Shown piece after piece: positions 27,872 to 38,215 of a stretch of DNA of 64,000 nt. The first letter of the stretch is position 1, and each line of letters opens with the position of its first letter. The position numbers and the translations under genes are program-made. The stretch is from Longimicrobiales bacterium (GTDB taxonomy: Bacteria > Gemmatimonadota > Gemmatimonadetes > Longimicrobiales > Gaopeijiaceae). The notes beneath the pieces were generated by a model, which was not told the DNA's origin, made no database searches, and saw only the letters and a program-made list of their open reading frames with translations. Where the stretch lies: contig CBDANQ010000059.1 of assembly GCA_965197725.1 (NCBI GenBank), positions 32,001 to 96,000 on the forward strand, in the 5' to 3' direction.

Positions 27872-30800
27872 TCAGGGCGCGCTAGGAGGCTCCAACACAG
27901 AACCGGACGCACGGCGTCCATGCCGACCCGCACGCTGTCCGGGCGCAGGCGTGGCGTCCCCGAGATCCGCCACGGAGATCCGCTCCTGAAGCGTCTCTAG
28001 CTGGCGAAGCACTAGATCGACCCGCCCCTCTTCCATCGCGACGGAATTGGGAGCCACCGTCCAGAAGCCACCCACCGCGGCCGACCAGTCGTTCAGGATC
28101 TCGCGAGCGAGTACCGAACCCGTCCCCTTCAGGTGGCGCTCGATCAACGCCTTCAGCAGTTCGATCTCTCCAGCCTCGCTGGTCCGTTCCAAGATCACGA
28201 ACTCTCGGTTCACACTGGTCGGGAAGTCGCCGCGCGGGTCCAGCACGAAGGCCAGGCCGCCGGACATACCGGCGCCGAAGTTACGGCCGGCCTCACCCAG
28301 GACGACCACCACCCCTGCCGTCATGTACTCACACCCATGCTCACCGACACCTTCCACCACCGCCACGCCACCCGAGTTCCGCACCGCGAAGCGTTCGCCG
28401 GCGCGACCCGCGATGAAGAGGCTCCCACCCGTCGCGCCATAGAGGACCGTGTTCCCGACGAGGGTGGCGTCGGCCCCTTGGAACTCCGCTCTGGCCGGCA
28501 GCCCGATGGCGATCTCGCCCCCGCTCATCCCCTTGGCGACGTAGTCGTTGGCCTCGCCCACCAGGCGGAGACGCACACCGTTCACGAGCCAGGCGCCGAA
28601 CGACTGTCCGGCGGAACCGCTGAAGTTCAGATCGAGCGTGCCCTCCGGCAGACCCGCGTCGCCGTGGACGCCGGCAATGCGCACCGAGATGCGCCCGCCC
28701 ACTGTACGGTCCGTGTTCTCGATCCCGTACGATCCCCGGAAGGGCGTGCCGTCCTCGAGCGCGCTTCCGAGCTGCTCGATGATGTGGTCGTCCAGCGGAG
28801 CGCCGGGGCGATCATTGCGATCCTGAACACAATGCAGAGGCGCTCCCGCCGCCGGCGTGATGAGCTTCGACAGGTCGGCGCCCCTCCACCGATGATCCTC
28901 GTCTGCGGGAATCTGTCGGAGGAGGTCCGCGTGACCCATGAGGTCCTCCAGCCGCTCGTAGCCCAACTCGGCCAGGATCTCGCGCACTTCCTCAGCGACA
29001 TGAGTGAGAAAGTTGATGAGCATTTCGGGCGTGCCGAAGTACTTCTTGCGGAGCTCCTCAGCCTGCGTGGCGATCCCCACCGGGCAGGTGTTGATATGGC
29101 ACTGTCGCGCCATCTTGCACCCGATGGCCATCAACGCACTCGTGCCAAAGCCAAACACATCCGCCCCCAGGAGGGCGGCCATGACGACGTCGCGCCCGGT
29201 GTGGAGTCCACCGTCGACGGCCAGGGTCACGCGCCCCCGGAGTCCATTCATGACCAAGGTCTGTTGCGTTTCCGCCAAGCCGACCTCCCAGGGGCTCCCC
29301 GCGTACTTGACCGACGACAGTGGCGAGGCGCCCGTACCACCGTCCGCGCCACTGATCTGGATCGTATCTGCGTACGCCTTGGCTACGCCCGCGGCGATGG
29401 TCCCGACACCCTCTGACGCGACCAACTTCACGCCGACCTTCGCCTTTAGGTTGGCGGTCTTGAGGTCGTAGATCAGCTGAGCCAAATCCTCGATCGAGTA
29501 GATGTCGTGGTGCGGAGGCGGAGAGATCAAAGGCGTTCCCGGGAGCACGTGCCGGAGGCTCGCGATGTACGGGGTGACCTTGTGGCCCGGGAGCTGGCCG
29601 CCCTCTCCCGGCTTGGAGCCCTGCGCCATCTTGATATCGAGCTGGCGTGCCCCGGCCAAATACGCTGGAGTCACTCCGAAGCGACCCGATGCGACCTGCT
29701 TGATGTGCGAGTTCGCATCCCGCATATCGCCATCAGGCGCATAGCGGCGGGGGTCCTCACCTCCCTCGCCGGTGTTGGCGAGGCCTCCGATCCGGTTCAT
29801 GGCGCGAGCCACGTCCTCGTGGGCCTCACTACTCAGCGCACCCAACGACATCGCGCCCGTCTGGAATCGGCGAAGCACCTGATCTACCGACTCCACTCGC
29901 TCTATATCGATCGGCCCGTGGTCCGTCGCGAACTCCAGGAGGTCGCGCAAGGCCGCTGGCGGGCGGGAGTGAACGAGCTCGGAGTACGCGCGGTACTCCT
30001 CCCGGCCACCCCCCTGGACGACCGCGTGTAACGCTCTCCAGACCGGCGGCTCGTTGGCGTGATAGTCGCTGTCGCGGCGGTACTTGTACCAGCCACCGCG
30101 CTCCAGGGCCTCCCCAGCGAACGCCCGCTCATGGCGCTCGCCCACGTCCTCGGCGATCTCGCGAAATCCGATGCCGCCAATACGGGACGTGGTGCCTGGG
30201 AAGGAGCGCTGGATCACCTCGTCGCCGAGCCCCAGCGCCTCGAAGATCTGAGCTCCATGGTACGACGACACGGCGGAGATACCCATCTTGGACATCACCT
30301 TGAGGACGCCGGCCTCGGCAGCCAGGAGGTAGACCCGGACCGCCTCCTCAGGGTCGCTCTCCCCGAGCTTTCCAGCGTCGGCGAGACCACCCACCGTCTC
30401 CAGGGCGAGATACGGGTAGATCGCCGAAGCGCCGAAGCCGATTAGCGCGGCCAGGTGGTGCACGTCGCGCGCGTCGCCCGCCTCGGCCAGAATGCTGGCG
30501 CGCATGCGCCGGCCGGTCCGGATCAGGTGGTGGTGCACGCTGGAAACCGCGAGCAACATCGGGATCGGCGCTCGCAGCTCATCCACCAGACGATCACTGA
30601 TGACGAGCACGCTGTGCCCCTCGTCCACAGCCGATGCCGCAGCCTGGCACAGTTCGTCTAGCGCGCGCGTGAGTCCGTCACAACCCTCCGCTACCGGGAA
30701 GCTGGCCGACAAGTCGGCGAAGCTGAACCGCTCGGGGGGCGTGCGCCGCAAAGACGCCCACTCCGCGGCGGAGAGTACAGGGCTTCTAAGGTGCAGCAGC

Positions 30801-32473
30801 TGAGCCGCCTCCGGCCTCTCCTCGAGGATCGAATGACGCACGCCGAGATAAGTGTGGAGCGACATGACGACCCGCTCCCGGAGCGAGTCGATCGGTGGGT
30901 TCGTCACCTGCGCGAAACGCTGCCGGAAATAGGTGTAGAGCGACCGCTGTGCGTCGTTCAGGGCCGAAGGCGGCGTATCGTCACCCATGGAGCCGACGGG
31001 CTCCTTGCCGTCTCGCGCCATCGGCGTGAGCACGTCCCTGACCTCTTCCCGCGTATACCCGTGCAGCACCTGCATTTTCGGGACGTCGGACGTCAGGACG
31101 ACGTTGGCTCGGCTTTCGCGGTCAACCGGCGCGTGATCGAGGTGCTGGAGGTTGCCCTGGACCCAGCGGCCATAAGGCCGGGCCATCGAGAGCCTCAGCT
31201 TGATGTCGCGGTTGCGCAGGAACCGACGCTCTGCCGTGTCCACGGCGATCATCTCTCCGGGCCCCACGCGTCCGGATTCGACGATCTCCTTGAGCGGCAG
31301 TCCGAGAAGCCCCACCTCCGAGCTCATCACTACGAGGCGGTCCGACGTGACTTGGTAACGGGCGGGACGCAGACCGTTGCGATCCATCGCGGCGGCCACG
31401 ACCACTCCGTCCGTAAACGCAGTCGCCGCGGGCCCGTCCCACGGCTCCATGAGGCAAGCGTGATATTCGTAAAAAGCACGCAGCTGGGGATCCATGTCGG
31501 GCATGTTCTCCCACGCCTCGGGAACCAGCATCGCCATCGCGTGCAGCACATCACGCCCCGACGTCGTGAGCAGCTCCAGAGCCTCGTCCAAAGAGGCGGT
31601 GTCGGAGCCGATCGGCTCGATGACCGGAATCAGGTCCTGCAGCTTCTCTCCCCAGACGGGGGACGTGAGCTCAGGCTCTCGCGCGGACATCCAGTTGCGG
31701 TTCCCGAGAAGCGTATTGATCTCACCGTTGTGCGCGATGAATCGGAACGGCTGAGCGAGCTTCCAATTCGGTAGCGTGTTGGTGGCAAAGCGCTGGTGAA
31801 AGAGCGCCAGAGCGGAATGGGTGCGCACGTCCGCGAGGTCCGGGAAGAAACTCCGGAGCTGGGGAGCGACCATCAGGCCCTTATAGACGACCGTCCGGGC
31901 CGACATCGATACGATGTACGCGTCGACTTCGTGCTCGCGATACGCGGCTTCGGCCCTCCTGCGCGCAAGGTAGAGTACCCGTTCGAACTCGATGCTCGAC
32001 AGGTCCGGCGCTTTAGCGAGAAGGAGTTGCTCGATTCCAGGAAGCGACTTCAGTGCCAGACCGCCGAGCATCGAAGGGTCGACGGGCACGGTCCGCCATC
32101 CCAGCACGTCGAGACCGCTACGCTGCGCGGCTGCTTCCAGGAGCTTACGGGCTCGGGGACGGGCGCTGGTCTCATTGGGAAGGAAGACCATCGCCACGCC
32201 GAGGCGGTCGAGCTCGTTGGACCTTAGACCCCAATGCGCGGCGTCCTCCGCCAGCAGCTCGTGGGGAATCTGGATGGTGAGGCCGGCACCATCGCCGGAT
32301 GCTGCGTCCGCCGAAACGGCACCCCGATGCGTGAGACCGACGAGCGCCCGTACCGCCAACTCGACTACCCGGTGACTCGCCTCGCCGTCGATGCTGGCGA
32401 CGAACCCCGTGCCGCAGCCGTCGTGCTCGAAGGCCGGGTTATAGAGTGGTGGTAGATCGCCTTGGCGCGTCAC
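27872..32473 (-). CDS. gltB: Glutamate synthase large subunit
   Basis: HDGCGTGF N-terminal Cys, HNGEINT, EPWDGPA, QVTNPPID, KMAQGSKPGEGGQLPG, CKMARQCHINTC and GXGXG domain. Start uncertain (GTG 32473 chosen; frame open to 32713). Confidence 0.96.
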   Translation of the reverse strand: MTRQGDLPPLYNPAFEHDGCGTGFVASIDGEASHRVVELAVRALVGLTHRGAVSADAASGDGAGLTIQIPHELLAEDAAHWGLRSNELDRLGVAMVFLPNETSARPRARKLLEAAAQRSGLDVLGWRTVPVDPSMLGGLALKSLPGIEQLLLAKAPDLSSIEFERVLYLARRRAEAAYREHEVDAYIVSMSARTVVYKGLMVAPQLRSFFPDLADVRTHSALALFHQRFATNTLPNWKLAQPFRFIAHNGEINTLLGNRNWMSAREPELTSPVWGEKLQDLIPVIEPIGSDTASLDEALELLTTSGRDVLHAMAMLVPEAWENMPDMDPQLRAFYEYHACLMEPWDGPAATAFTDGVVVAAAMDRNGLRPARYQVTSDRLVVMSSEVGLLGLPLKEIVESGRVGPGEMIAVDTAERRFLRNRDIKLRLSMARPYGRWVQGNLQHLDHAPVDRESRANVVLTSDVPKMQVLHGYTREEVRDVLTPMARDGKEPVGSMGDDTPPSALNDAQRSLYTYFRQRFAQVTNPPIDSLRERVVMSLHTYLGVRHSILEERPEAAQLLHLRSPVLSAAEWASLRRTPPERFSFADLSASFPVAEGCDGLTRALDELCQAAASAVDEGHSVLVISDRLVDELRAPIPMLLAVSSVHHHLIRTGRRMRASILAEAGDARDVHHLAALIGFGASAIYPYLALETVGGLADAGKLGESDPEEAVRVYLLAAEAGVLKVMSKMGISAVSSYHGAQIFEALGLGDEVIQRSFPGTTSRIGGIGFREIAEDVGERHERAFAGEALERGGWYKYRRDSDYHANEPPVWRALHAVVQGGGREEYRAYSELVHSRPPAALRDLLEFATDHGPIDIERVESVDQVLRRFQTGAMSLGALSSEAHEDVARAMNRIGGLANTGEGGEDPRRYAPDGDMRDANSHIKQVASGRFGVTPAYLAGARQLDIKMAQGSKPGEGGQLPGHKVTPYIASLRHVLPGTPLISPPPHHDIYSIEDLAQLIYDLKTANLKAKVGVKLVASEGVGTIAAGVAKAYADTIQISGADGGTGASPLSSVKYAGSPWEVGLAETQQTLVMNGLRGRVTLAVDGGLHTGRDVVMAALLGADVFGFGTSALMAIGCKMARQCHINTCPVGIATQAEELRKKYFGTPEMLINFLTHVAEEVREILAELGYERLEDLMGHADLLRQIPADEDHRWRGADLSKLITPAAGAPLHCVQDRNDRPGAPLDDHIIEQLGSALEDGTPFRGSYGIENTDRTVGGRISVRIAGVHGDAGLPEGTLDLNFSGSAGQSFGAWLVNGVRLRLVGEANDYVAKGMSGGEIAIGLPARAEFQGADATLVGNTVLYGATGGSLFIAGRAGERFAVRNSGGVAVVEGVGEHGCEYMTAGVVVVLGEAGRNFGAGMSGGLAFVLDPRGDFPTSVNREFVILERTSEAGEIELLKALIERHLKGTGSVLAREILNDWSAAVGGFWTVAPNSVAMEEGRVDLVLRQLETLQERISVADLGDATPAPGQRAGRHGRRASGSVLEPPSAP

Positions 32474-32936
32474 CCTTCCCACCCGGTCGGGGCGGATCGG
32501 TGTACGCCCCCGACGGCTCCCCTCGCGGGAAAGCCGCAGTTCGTACACCAGGTCTTTGGACGCAAAACGGTCATCGGACTCCCATATTTCGTGTTCTGAC
32601 GCCCGGGGAACACCGGGCGTAACGCAGCCAATCCTCAAAAGCGGCCTGTACCGGATTTCGGCGGCGGCCATGCCTGAGGAGGCGGGTAGCTGCTCAGAAC
32701 AGTGGAGCATCATAAGCTACAGGACCCTATTACGCAAGGGATCCTTGCAGCCTATGCGCTGAACACGCTCCAGCGCGGCTCAGCGATTGCCGCGATAACT
32801 CCTCAGCGCGGCGAGCTCAGCTCCGTGAGTCCCGGACTCATCCGCCGCTACGCGGCCGACTTGCCCAACCGCGTCCCGCGGCGTAGCTTGCCGGTCGGTT
32901 CGGTAACAATTTTCTTCACGCTGTAGGGGAGTAGGG

Positions 32937-34163
32937 ATGATGCCTAAGCGCAAACTGATCTTGGCGCTAGCGTTCGTAGTCTCAATCACGGCCCTCGCTT
33001 GCGCCGCAGACGCGCTCGACGACTTGGCCATGAACCAGGACGGGATGGTCCCGACCTTCGAGGTCGATCCGTTCTGGCCGAAGCCACTACCCAACCAATG
33101 GATCATGGGCGCGACGATTGGGGTGGACGTCGATTCCCGGGATCACATCTGGCTCGTCCACCGGAACACCGACGACCAGTACGCGCTAAGGACGGAGCTC
33201 GGCTCGGCACAAGAGCCCCCGCTGAGCGAGTGCTGCAATCCCGCGCCTCCGGTGCTCGAGTTCGACCAGGACGGCATTCTGGTTGGCTCCTGGGGAGGCC
33301 CGACGGATACGGGTGAGTACGAGTGGCCGACGTCCAACCACGGCCTCACCGTGGACCACAACGACAACGTCTGGATCGGCGGCAACGGCAGAACGGACTC
33401 GCACGTAGTGAAGTTCTCCCGCGATGGCAAGTTCCTCGCGCAGTACGGTCGAGCTAACGCGCGCGCGGACGGGGATGGCTTTGCCGAGGACAGCCACGAC
33501 CGGAACAACTTCGGCCGGGTAGCCAAGATCTTCGTCGATCCCGTGGCCAACGAGGCGTATCTCGGAGACGGGTACATCAACCGGCGGGTGGCGGTTCTCG
33601 ACGCCAGCACCGGTGAGCTGAAGCGCTACTGGGGCGCCTACGGCGATCCTCCCGACCAAAGCGAGATTCCGGACCGCTACGTGCCGGGCGAGACCCCGCC
33701 GAAGGAGTTTCGGCCACCCGTGCACTGTGCGGAGCTCTCGAACGATCGACTCGTGTACGTGTGTGATCGCCCGTCGAACCGGATCTCCGTATTCCAGACG
33801 GATGGCACCTTCGTGGAGGAGCATATCATCAACCCCGCGACCATGAATCAGGGGTCGGTCTGGGATCTCGACTTCTCCCCCGACGAAGATCAGACGTTCA
33901 TGTACCTCGCCGATGGCCAGAACATGTTTGTGTCCGTCCTCCGGCGAGAGACGATGGAGGTCCTGTACCGCTTCGGCGACGGCGGTCGGCAGCCCGGGCT
34001 GTTCTTCGCGGTGCACTCCCTCACAGTGGACTCCTCGGGCAACATCTACACGACGGAGACCTACGAGGGTAAGCGCATCCAGAAGTTCACATACATGGGC
34101 ATGGGTTCGGTCCCATCGGGATATGACGTGATTTGGCCGGCGGACAAGCGGCGAGGGGGCTGA
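32937..34163 (+). CDS. Secreted NHL-repeat beta-propeller (peptidyl-alpha-hydroxyglycine lyase-like)
   Basis: Signal peptide; FEVDPFWPKPLPN, HGLTVD, DGYINRRV, VYVCDR and HSLTVDSSGNIY motifs. Confidence 0.8.
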   Translation: MMPKRKLILALAFVVSITALACAADALDDLAMNQDGMVPTFEVDPFWPKPLPNQWIMGATIGVDVDSRDHIWLVHRNTDDQYALRTELGSAQEPPLSECCNPAPPVLEFDQDGILVGSWGGPTDTGEYEWPTSNHGLTVDHNDNVWIGGNGRTDSHVVKFSRDGKFLAQYGRANARADGDGFAEDSHDRNNFGRVAKIFVDPVANEAYLGDGYINRRVAVLDASTGELKRYWGAYGDPPDQSEIPDRYVPGETPPKEFRPPVHCAELSNDRLVYVCDRPSNRISVFQTDGTFVEEHIINPATMNQGSVWDLDFSPDEDQTFMYLADGQNMFVSVLRRETMEVLYRFGDGGRQPGLFFAVHSLTVDSSGNIYTTETYEGKRIQKFTYMGMGSVPSGYDVIWPADKRRGG

Positions 34164-34186
34164 CGCTAGCCGAAACCCCAACCGAG

Positions 34187-34222
34187 GGGGCCCCACCCAT
34201 CAGGGTGGGGCCCCTTCCTTTT
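34187..34222 (+). terminator. Intrinsic terminator
   Basis: 12-bp perfect stem ggggccccaccc/gggtggggcccc, 4-nt loop, then ttcctttt; 24 bp after the NHL gene stop. Confidence 0.8.
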
Positions 34223-34365
34223 GCGCGAAGCGGCCTACCCACATCTGCGTGAGGCAGCTACCGCGAAGGCAGCTTGAAGACGTAGAGCGCGTTGCAGGAG
34301 TCGGGGTGGTGAACCGCCGGCGAAACCGCACGTACAACGTTGCACAGCAAGGAAGGAGAATATAG

Positions 34366-36075
34366 ATGAGCGCGATTCTGCTCATGGCCACAGGGCTCGG
34401 GGCGTTCACGTTAGGCTACCTCTTGTACTCGCGCTTCATCTCTGAGCGAGTCTTCCAGCTGAGTGCGGACTTCCGGACGCCCGCCCACGCCCAGGAGGAC
34501 GGGGTGGACTTCGTGCCCACCAACCGGTGGGTCCTGTGGGGACACCACTTCACCTCCGTGGCAGGCGCCGCGCCAATCGTGGGCCCCGCCATCGCGGTGG
34601 TATGGGGTTGGCTGCCCGCCTTTCTCTGGGTCACCCTAGGCACGGTGTTCTTCGCGGGAATCCACGACGCGGGAGCCCTGTGGGCCAGCGTGCGCAACAA
34701 AGGCAGATCCATAGGGGCTCTGACCGAGGCGGTGGTCGGGCAGAGGGCCCGCGCGCTCTTCATGATCGTCATCTTCCTGCTGCTCCTGATGGTGAACGCC
34801 GTGTTCGCCATCATCATCGCCGGGCTCTTCGTGAGCTTCCCGAGCAGCGTAGTCCCGGCCTGGTTCGTGATCGGCGTCGCGATCTTCATCGGCTACCTAC
34901 TGTACCGCAAGGGCGTCCCGCTCCTGTGGCCCTCCATCATCGGCGTGGCGCTCCTGTACGGATCGATGTTCGTGGGCGTCGCGGTGCCGTTGAGCCTTCC
35001 GGAGACCATGGTCGGCCTGGATGCACCGGGCATGTGGGTCATTCTCCTGTTCGCGTACGCGGCCGTCGCATCGCTGCTCCCGGTCTGGCTTCTCCTGCAG
35101 CCCCGCGACTACATCAATGGACTCCAGCTCTTCATCGGACTCGGCATCTTCTTCCTTGCGGTTCTGTTCGCGAACCCCACCGTGGTGGCCCCGGCCTTCA
35201 ACACGTCACTTCCGGACGACGTGCCGCCGATGATCCCGCTGCTCTTCGTGACGATCGCCTGCGGAGCGATCTCCGGCTTCCATGGGCTAGTCTCGTCGGG
35301 GACCACTTCGAAGCAGATCGACAACGAGAAGGACGTACGCTTCGTGGGCTTCCTGGGCACGGTGGGTGAGGGCTCCCTGGCGCTGGCGGCGATCATTGCC
35401 TGCACCGCGGGCTTTGCTACGCAGGGGGACTGGCAGACCTATTACACGTCGTTCGCGTCCGGTGGACTGCCGGCGTTCGTGCAAGGCGGCGGGGGCATCC
35501 TCGCTACTGGGCTCGGGCTACCCGTCGCGTTCGGCGAGACGCTGTTGGCCGTAATGGCGATCCTCTTCGCCGCCACGACCATGGACACCGGGGTCAGGCT
35601 GCAGCGCTATGTCGTCCAGGAGTGGGGGACGATCTACGACGTCCCGGCACTCACCGGGAGGGGGCTATCGACGCTCCTGGCCGTGGGCAGCTGCCTGGTC
35701 CTGGCCTTCGGAGCGGGGGGCGGAGCTGGGACAGGCGGCCTCGTCATCTGGCCCTTGTTCGGCACGACCAATCAACTCCTGGCCGGACTCACGCTGCTCG
35801 TACTGAGCGTCTTCCTTCTCAAGAAGGGCCGGCCTACGGTCTATACGCTTGTACCGATGGTCTTCATCCTAGGCATGACGGTGCTCGCGCTGCTCTGGCA
35901 GCTCCGGGATTTCTGGGGGCAAGGCAGCTACTTCCTCGTCGCCCTCGACGTAGTGATCCTCGGGACCACGATCTGGGTGGCCCTGGAGTCTCTTGCCGCG
36001 CTGCAGAAGGCGCGTAGCGGCCCTAAGGAGGAGGAAGCAGAGGATTCGGCGGACGCCCTGACGCGCGCCGAGTGA
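34366..36075 (+). CDS. cstA: Carbon starvation protein A family transporter
   Basis: DGVDFVPTN, GHHFTSVAGAAPIVGP, LLLQPRDY, TIACGAISGFH and WPLFGTTNQLLA motifs. Confidence 0.94.
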   Translation: MSAILLMATGLGAFTLGYLLYSRFISERVFQLSADFRTPAHAQEDGVDFVPTNRWVLWGHHFTSVAGAAPIVGPAIAVVWGWLPAFLWVTLGTVFFAGIHDAGALWASVRNKGRSIGALTEAVVGQRARALFMIVIFLLLLMVNAVFAIIIAGLFVSFPSSVVPAWFVIGVAIFIGYLLYRKGVPLLWPSIIGVALLYGSMFVGVAVPLSLPETMVGLDAPGMWVILLFAYAAVASLLPVWLLLQPRDYINGLQLFIGLGIFFLAVLFANPTVVAPAFNTSLPDDVPPMIPLLFVTIACGAISGFHGLVSSGTTSKQIDNEKDVRFVGFLGTVGEGSLALAAIIACTAGFATQGDWQTYYTSFASGGLPAFVQGGGGILATGLGLPVAFGETLLAVMAILFAATTMDTGVRLQRYVVQEWGTIYDVPALTGRGLSTLLAVGSCLVLAFGAGGGAGTGGLVIWPLFGTTNQLLAGLTLLVLSVFLLKKGRPTVYTLVPMVFILGMTVLALLWQLRDFWGQGSYFLVALDVVILGTTIWVALESLAALQKARSGPKEEEAEDSADALTRAE

Positions 36076-36107
36076 ACCCCGGCGTGCTCGCGCGGTAGAA
36101 ACGAGTT

Positions 36108-36557
36108 ATGCAAAAGGCGGAATCGAGCGCTCGGCCGAGCGTCATTCTGATCCGGGAATGGGAAATGCAAATGTCCTCTTCCGGGTGCTGTGGCCGGTTG
36201 GAGGGGGACTTCCTAACGCAAAGGGGAGAACGGTGCTTTCCCGAGCGGCGCGCAAGTATGGAGGCGATGGGCCCTCTGTACCGAGACCTGCGCTCGCGCT
36301 ACGGCGACAAGCTTGAGATCAACGTGGTGGATCCGCGCAACCTCATTTCCGTCATGATCCTCTTGGTGCGAGACGCCCGCGCCCACGGGGTCGGCATTCC
36401 GGACGCGCTTCGCACCCTGTTCCGCCTCAAGGTGAATACCGTTGTCGTGAACGGGCGCCTCCTGGCCCGGGGGCAGTGGCCCGAACCCGCTGAGGTGTAT
36501 GCCGTGCTGGGGGATCCACCAGCCGCCTGGGAGGAAGCCGCCGGTGGGATTGCGTGA
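36108..36557 (+). CDS. Hypothetical protein with SGCCG motif, possibly thioredoxin-like fold
   Basis: In operon after cstA; GCCG near the N-terminus, VVDPRN, VVVNG. Confidence 0.65.
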   Translation: MQKAESSARPSVILIREWEMQMSSSGCCGRLEGDFLTQRGERCFPERRASMEAMGPLYRDLRSRYGDKLEINVVDPRNLISVMILLVRDARAHGVGIPDALRTLFRLKVNTVVVNGRLLARGQWPEPAEVYAVLGDPPAAWEEAAGGIA

Positions 36558-36807
36558 CCGGCTAGCGCGGGCTGGAGAGCTCGTCCGAGAGTTCTACGAG
36601 GTGCGCCACCGTGGGGCGCTCGCGCGGGAGCGCCGAGAAGAGGACGACCTCTTCATGCTCCTGGTCTTCTCGGAGATGATGGGAATCGCAAACCCGTCGA
36701 GCTACTACACGCTGGAGCTGCTGCCCCTCTTGTACGAGGGCTTTCATGAGTGGCACATCCGCATGGGCATGGATCACTCGCCCCTCGAGCACTTTCGCTG
36801 CTGCTAG
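36544..36807 (+). CDS. Small protein ending in Cys-Cys (cory-CC-star-like)
   Basis: DDLFMLLVFSEMMGIANP...YYTLELLP...FHEWHIRMG...RCC*; GTG 36544 with GGAGG RBS. Confidence 0.8.
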   Translation: MGLRDRLARAGELVREFYEVRHRGALARERREEDDLFMLLVFSEMMGIANPSSYYTLELLPLLYEGFHEWHIRMGMDHSPLEHFRCC

Positions 36808-36849
36808 AGAGCGGTATCGCATGCAGTCCGTCAGGACGCCCACCGGTCC

Positions 36850-37863
36850 ATGACCCCTCTTGATCTGAAGGGCCGCTCGATCCTCTTCGTGGGCGGCAAG
36901 GGCGGAGTGGGAAAGAGCACCACGGCAGGGGCGCTCGCCGTAGGCATGGCCGAAGCGGGAGCACGCGTCCTCCTGGTCTCCACAGACCCCGCCCACTCCC
37001 TGGGCGACCTGTTCGGGACGTCGATCGGCGACCGAGAGCGCGAGATCCTCCCCGGGCTCGACGCGCTGGAGATCGACCCGGAAGCGGAGGTGGAGAGCTA
37101 CCTCGCTCGCGTGAAGGCGACGATGAGGCAGTACGTGCAACCTGCCATGTACTCCGAGATCGAGCGTCAAATCGAGCTGACCCGCCACTCGCCCGGCGCG
37201 GAGGATGCCGCGCTGATGGACCGGGTGACGGCACTGATGGACGAGGGGCCGAAGAGCCACGATCGCGTCATCTTCGACACGGCACCCACGGGCCACACGC
37301 TTCGTCTGCTCGCGCTCCCGGAGATCATGGCTGCGTGGACCGAGGGGTTGCTCCGGAGCCGCGACCGGTCCGATTCTCTGGGCAAGGCGGTGGACCGGCT
37401 CCAGCGTCGCAAGGCATCCACCGGCCACGACATGTCCTGGTTCGACGACGTCGAAGAGGCCCCCGGGGACGAGCGCACTCGGAAGATCCGCGAGGTCCTG
37501 TTGGAGCGCCGGCGCCGGTTCTCCCGGGCCAGACGGCTTCTGCTGGACCCCAAGGTGACTGCCTTCGTGCTCGTCCTCATCCCAGAGAAGCTCCCCATTC
37601 TCGAGAGCGAGAAGACGCTCGAGGTCCTCCACAACCACAAAGTCCCGGTGTCCGGAGTGGTGGTGAACCGGGTACTGCCCGACGCACCCCTGGGTGACTT
37701 CCTGGAGAGCCGGCGCGCACAGGAAGCCGAATACCTGGAGCGCGTGGACCGGAGTTTCGCCAAGCTCCCCCGCGTGAGGGTGCCGCTGCGGTCTAGCGAT
37801 GTGGTAGGAATGGCGGCGATCCGGGAGGTGGGGGCGTATCTCCTCTCCCCGTCGAGCCCTTAA
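36850..37863 (+). CDS. Single-domain ArsA/Get3-family ATPase
   Basis: GGKGGVGKST, STDPAHSLGD, DTAPTGHTLRLL and VVVN motifs. Confidence 0.92.
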   Translation: MTPLDLKGRSILFVGGKGGVGKSTTAGALAVGMAEAGARVLLVSTDPAHSLGDLFGTSIGDREREILPGLDALEIDPEAEVESYLARVKATMRQYVQPAMYSEIERQIELTRHSPGAEDAALMDRVTALMDEGPKSHDRVIFDTAPTGHTLRLLALPEIMAAWTEGLLRSRDRSDSLGKAVDRLQRRKASTGHDMSWFDDVEEAPGDERTRKIREVLLERRRRFSRARRLLLDPKVTAFVLVLIPEKLPILESEKTLEVLHNHKVPVSGVVVNRVLPDAPLGDFLESRRAQEAEYLERVDRSFAKLPRVRVPLRSSDVVGMAAIREVGAYLLSPSSP

Positions 37864-37894
37864 GGTACGAATGTCCGTCCCTGCACCGGCGTCT

Positions 37895-38008
37895 CCCGAC
37901 CCTGAGCAGTGGGTCGGGTATGATGGGGACCGCACGGTCGACGAGATGGTCCACCTGTGGGTGGACGTCGCGTACCTCGAGCTGGAGGAGCTGTTCCGGC
38001 CGATGTGA
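37895..38008 (+). pseudogene. C-terminal remnant resembling the copper type II monooxygenase-like/cytochrome c family
   Basis: Manual translation PDPEQWVGYDGDRTVDEMVHLWVDVAYLELEELFRPM*; no N-terminal part present. Confidence 0.45.
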
Positions 38009-38215
38009 CGTGTGAGAGGCGTGCCCCGGTCTGGTTGCCCCGCGTGTGCGAGGACGGGCTGAGAAGAGACGGGGGGAGGAGTCGTCGAGGCAGGCGGGGA
38101 CCGGAAGCGTCTCGAGGCCAACACATCTGTGCCAATGCGGAAACTTCTAGCTGGGCGGGAAGCAGCACCCAGCGAGTTCATCACGGACGGCGACCGGGCT
38201 GCAGCTGCGCTTAGC

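Noticed and set aside
32714..32936. Possible riboswitch or hairpins upstream of gltB and the NHL gene
   Set aside because: Only short GC-rich palindromes (gagtcccggactc, gctacgc...gcgtagc), which are expected by chance; no recognisable aptamer consensus.
36850..37863. Arsenic resistance operon
   Set aside because: Single-domain ATPase with no arsR/arsB/acr3/arsC; the context is cstA.
38129..38215. MRKLLAGREAAPSEFITDG resembling an IS6-family transposase fragment
   Set aside because: Too short, and no other IS6 motifs or inverted repeats were found.
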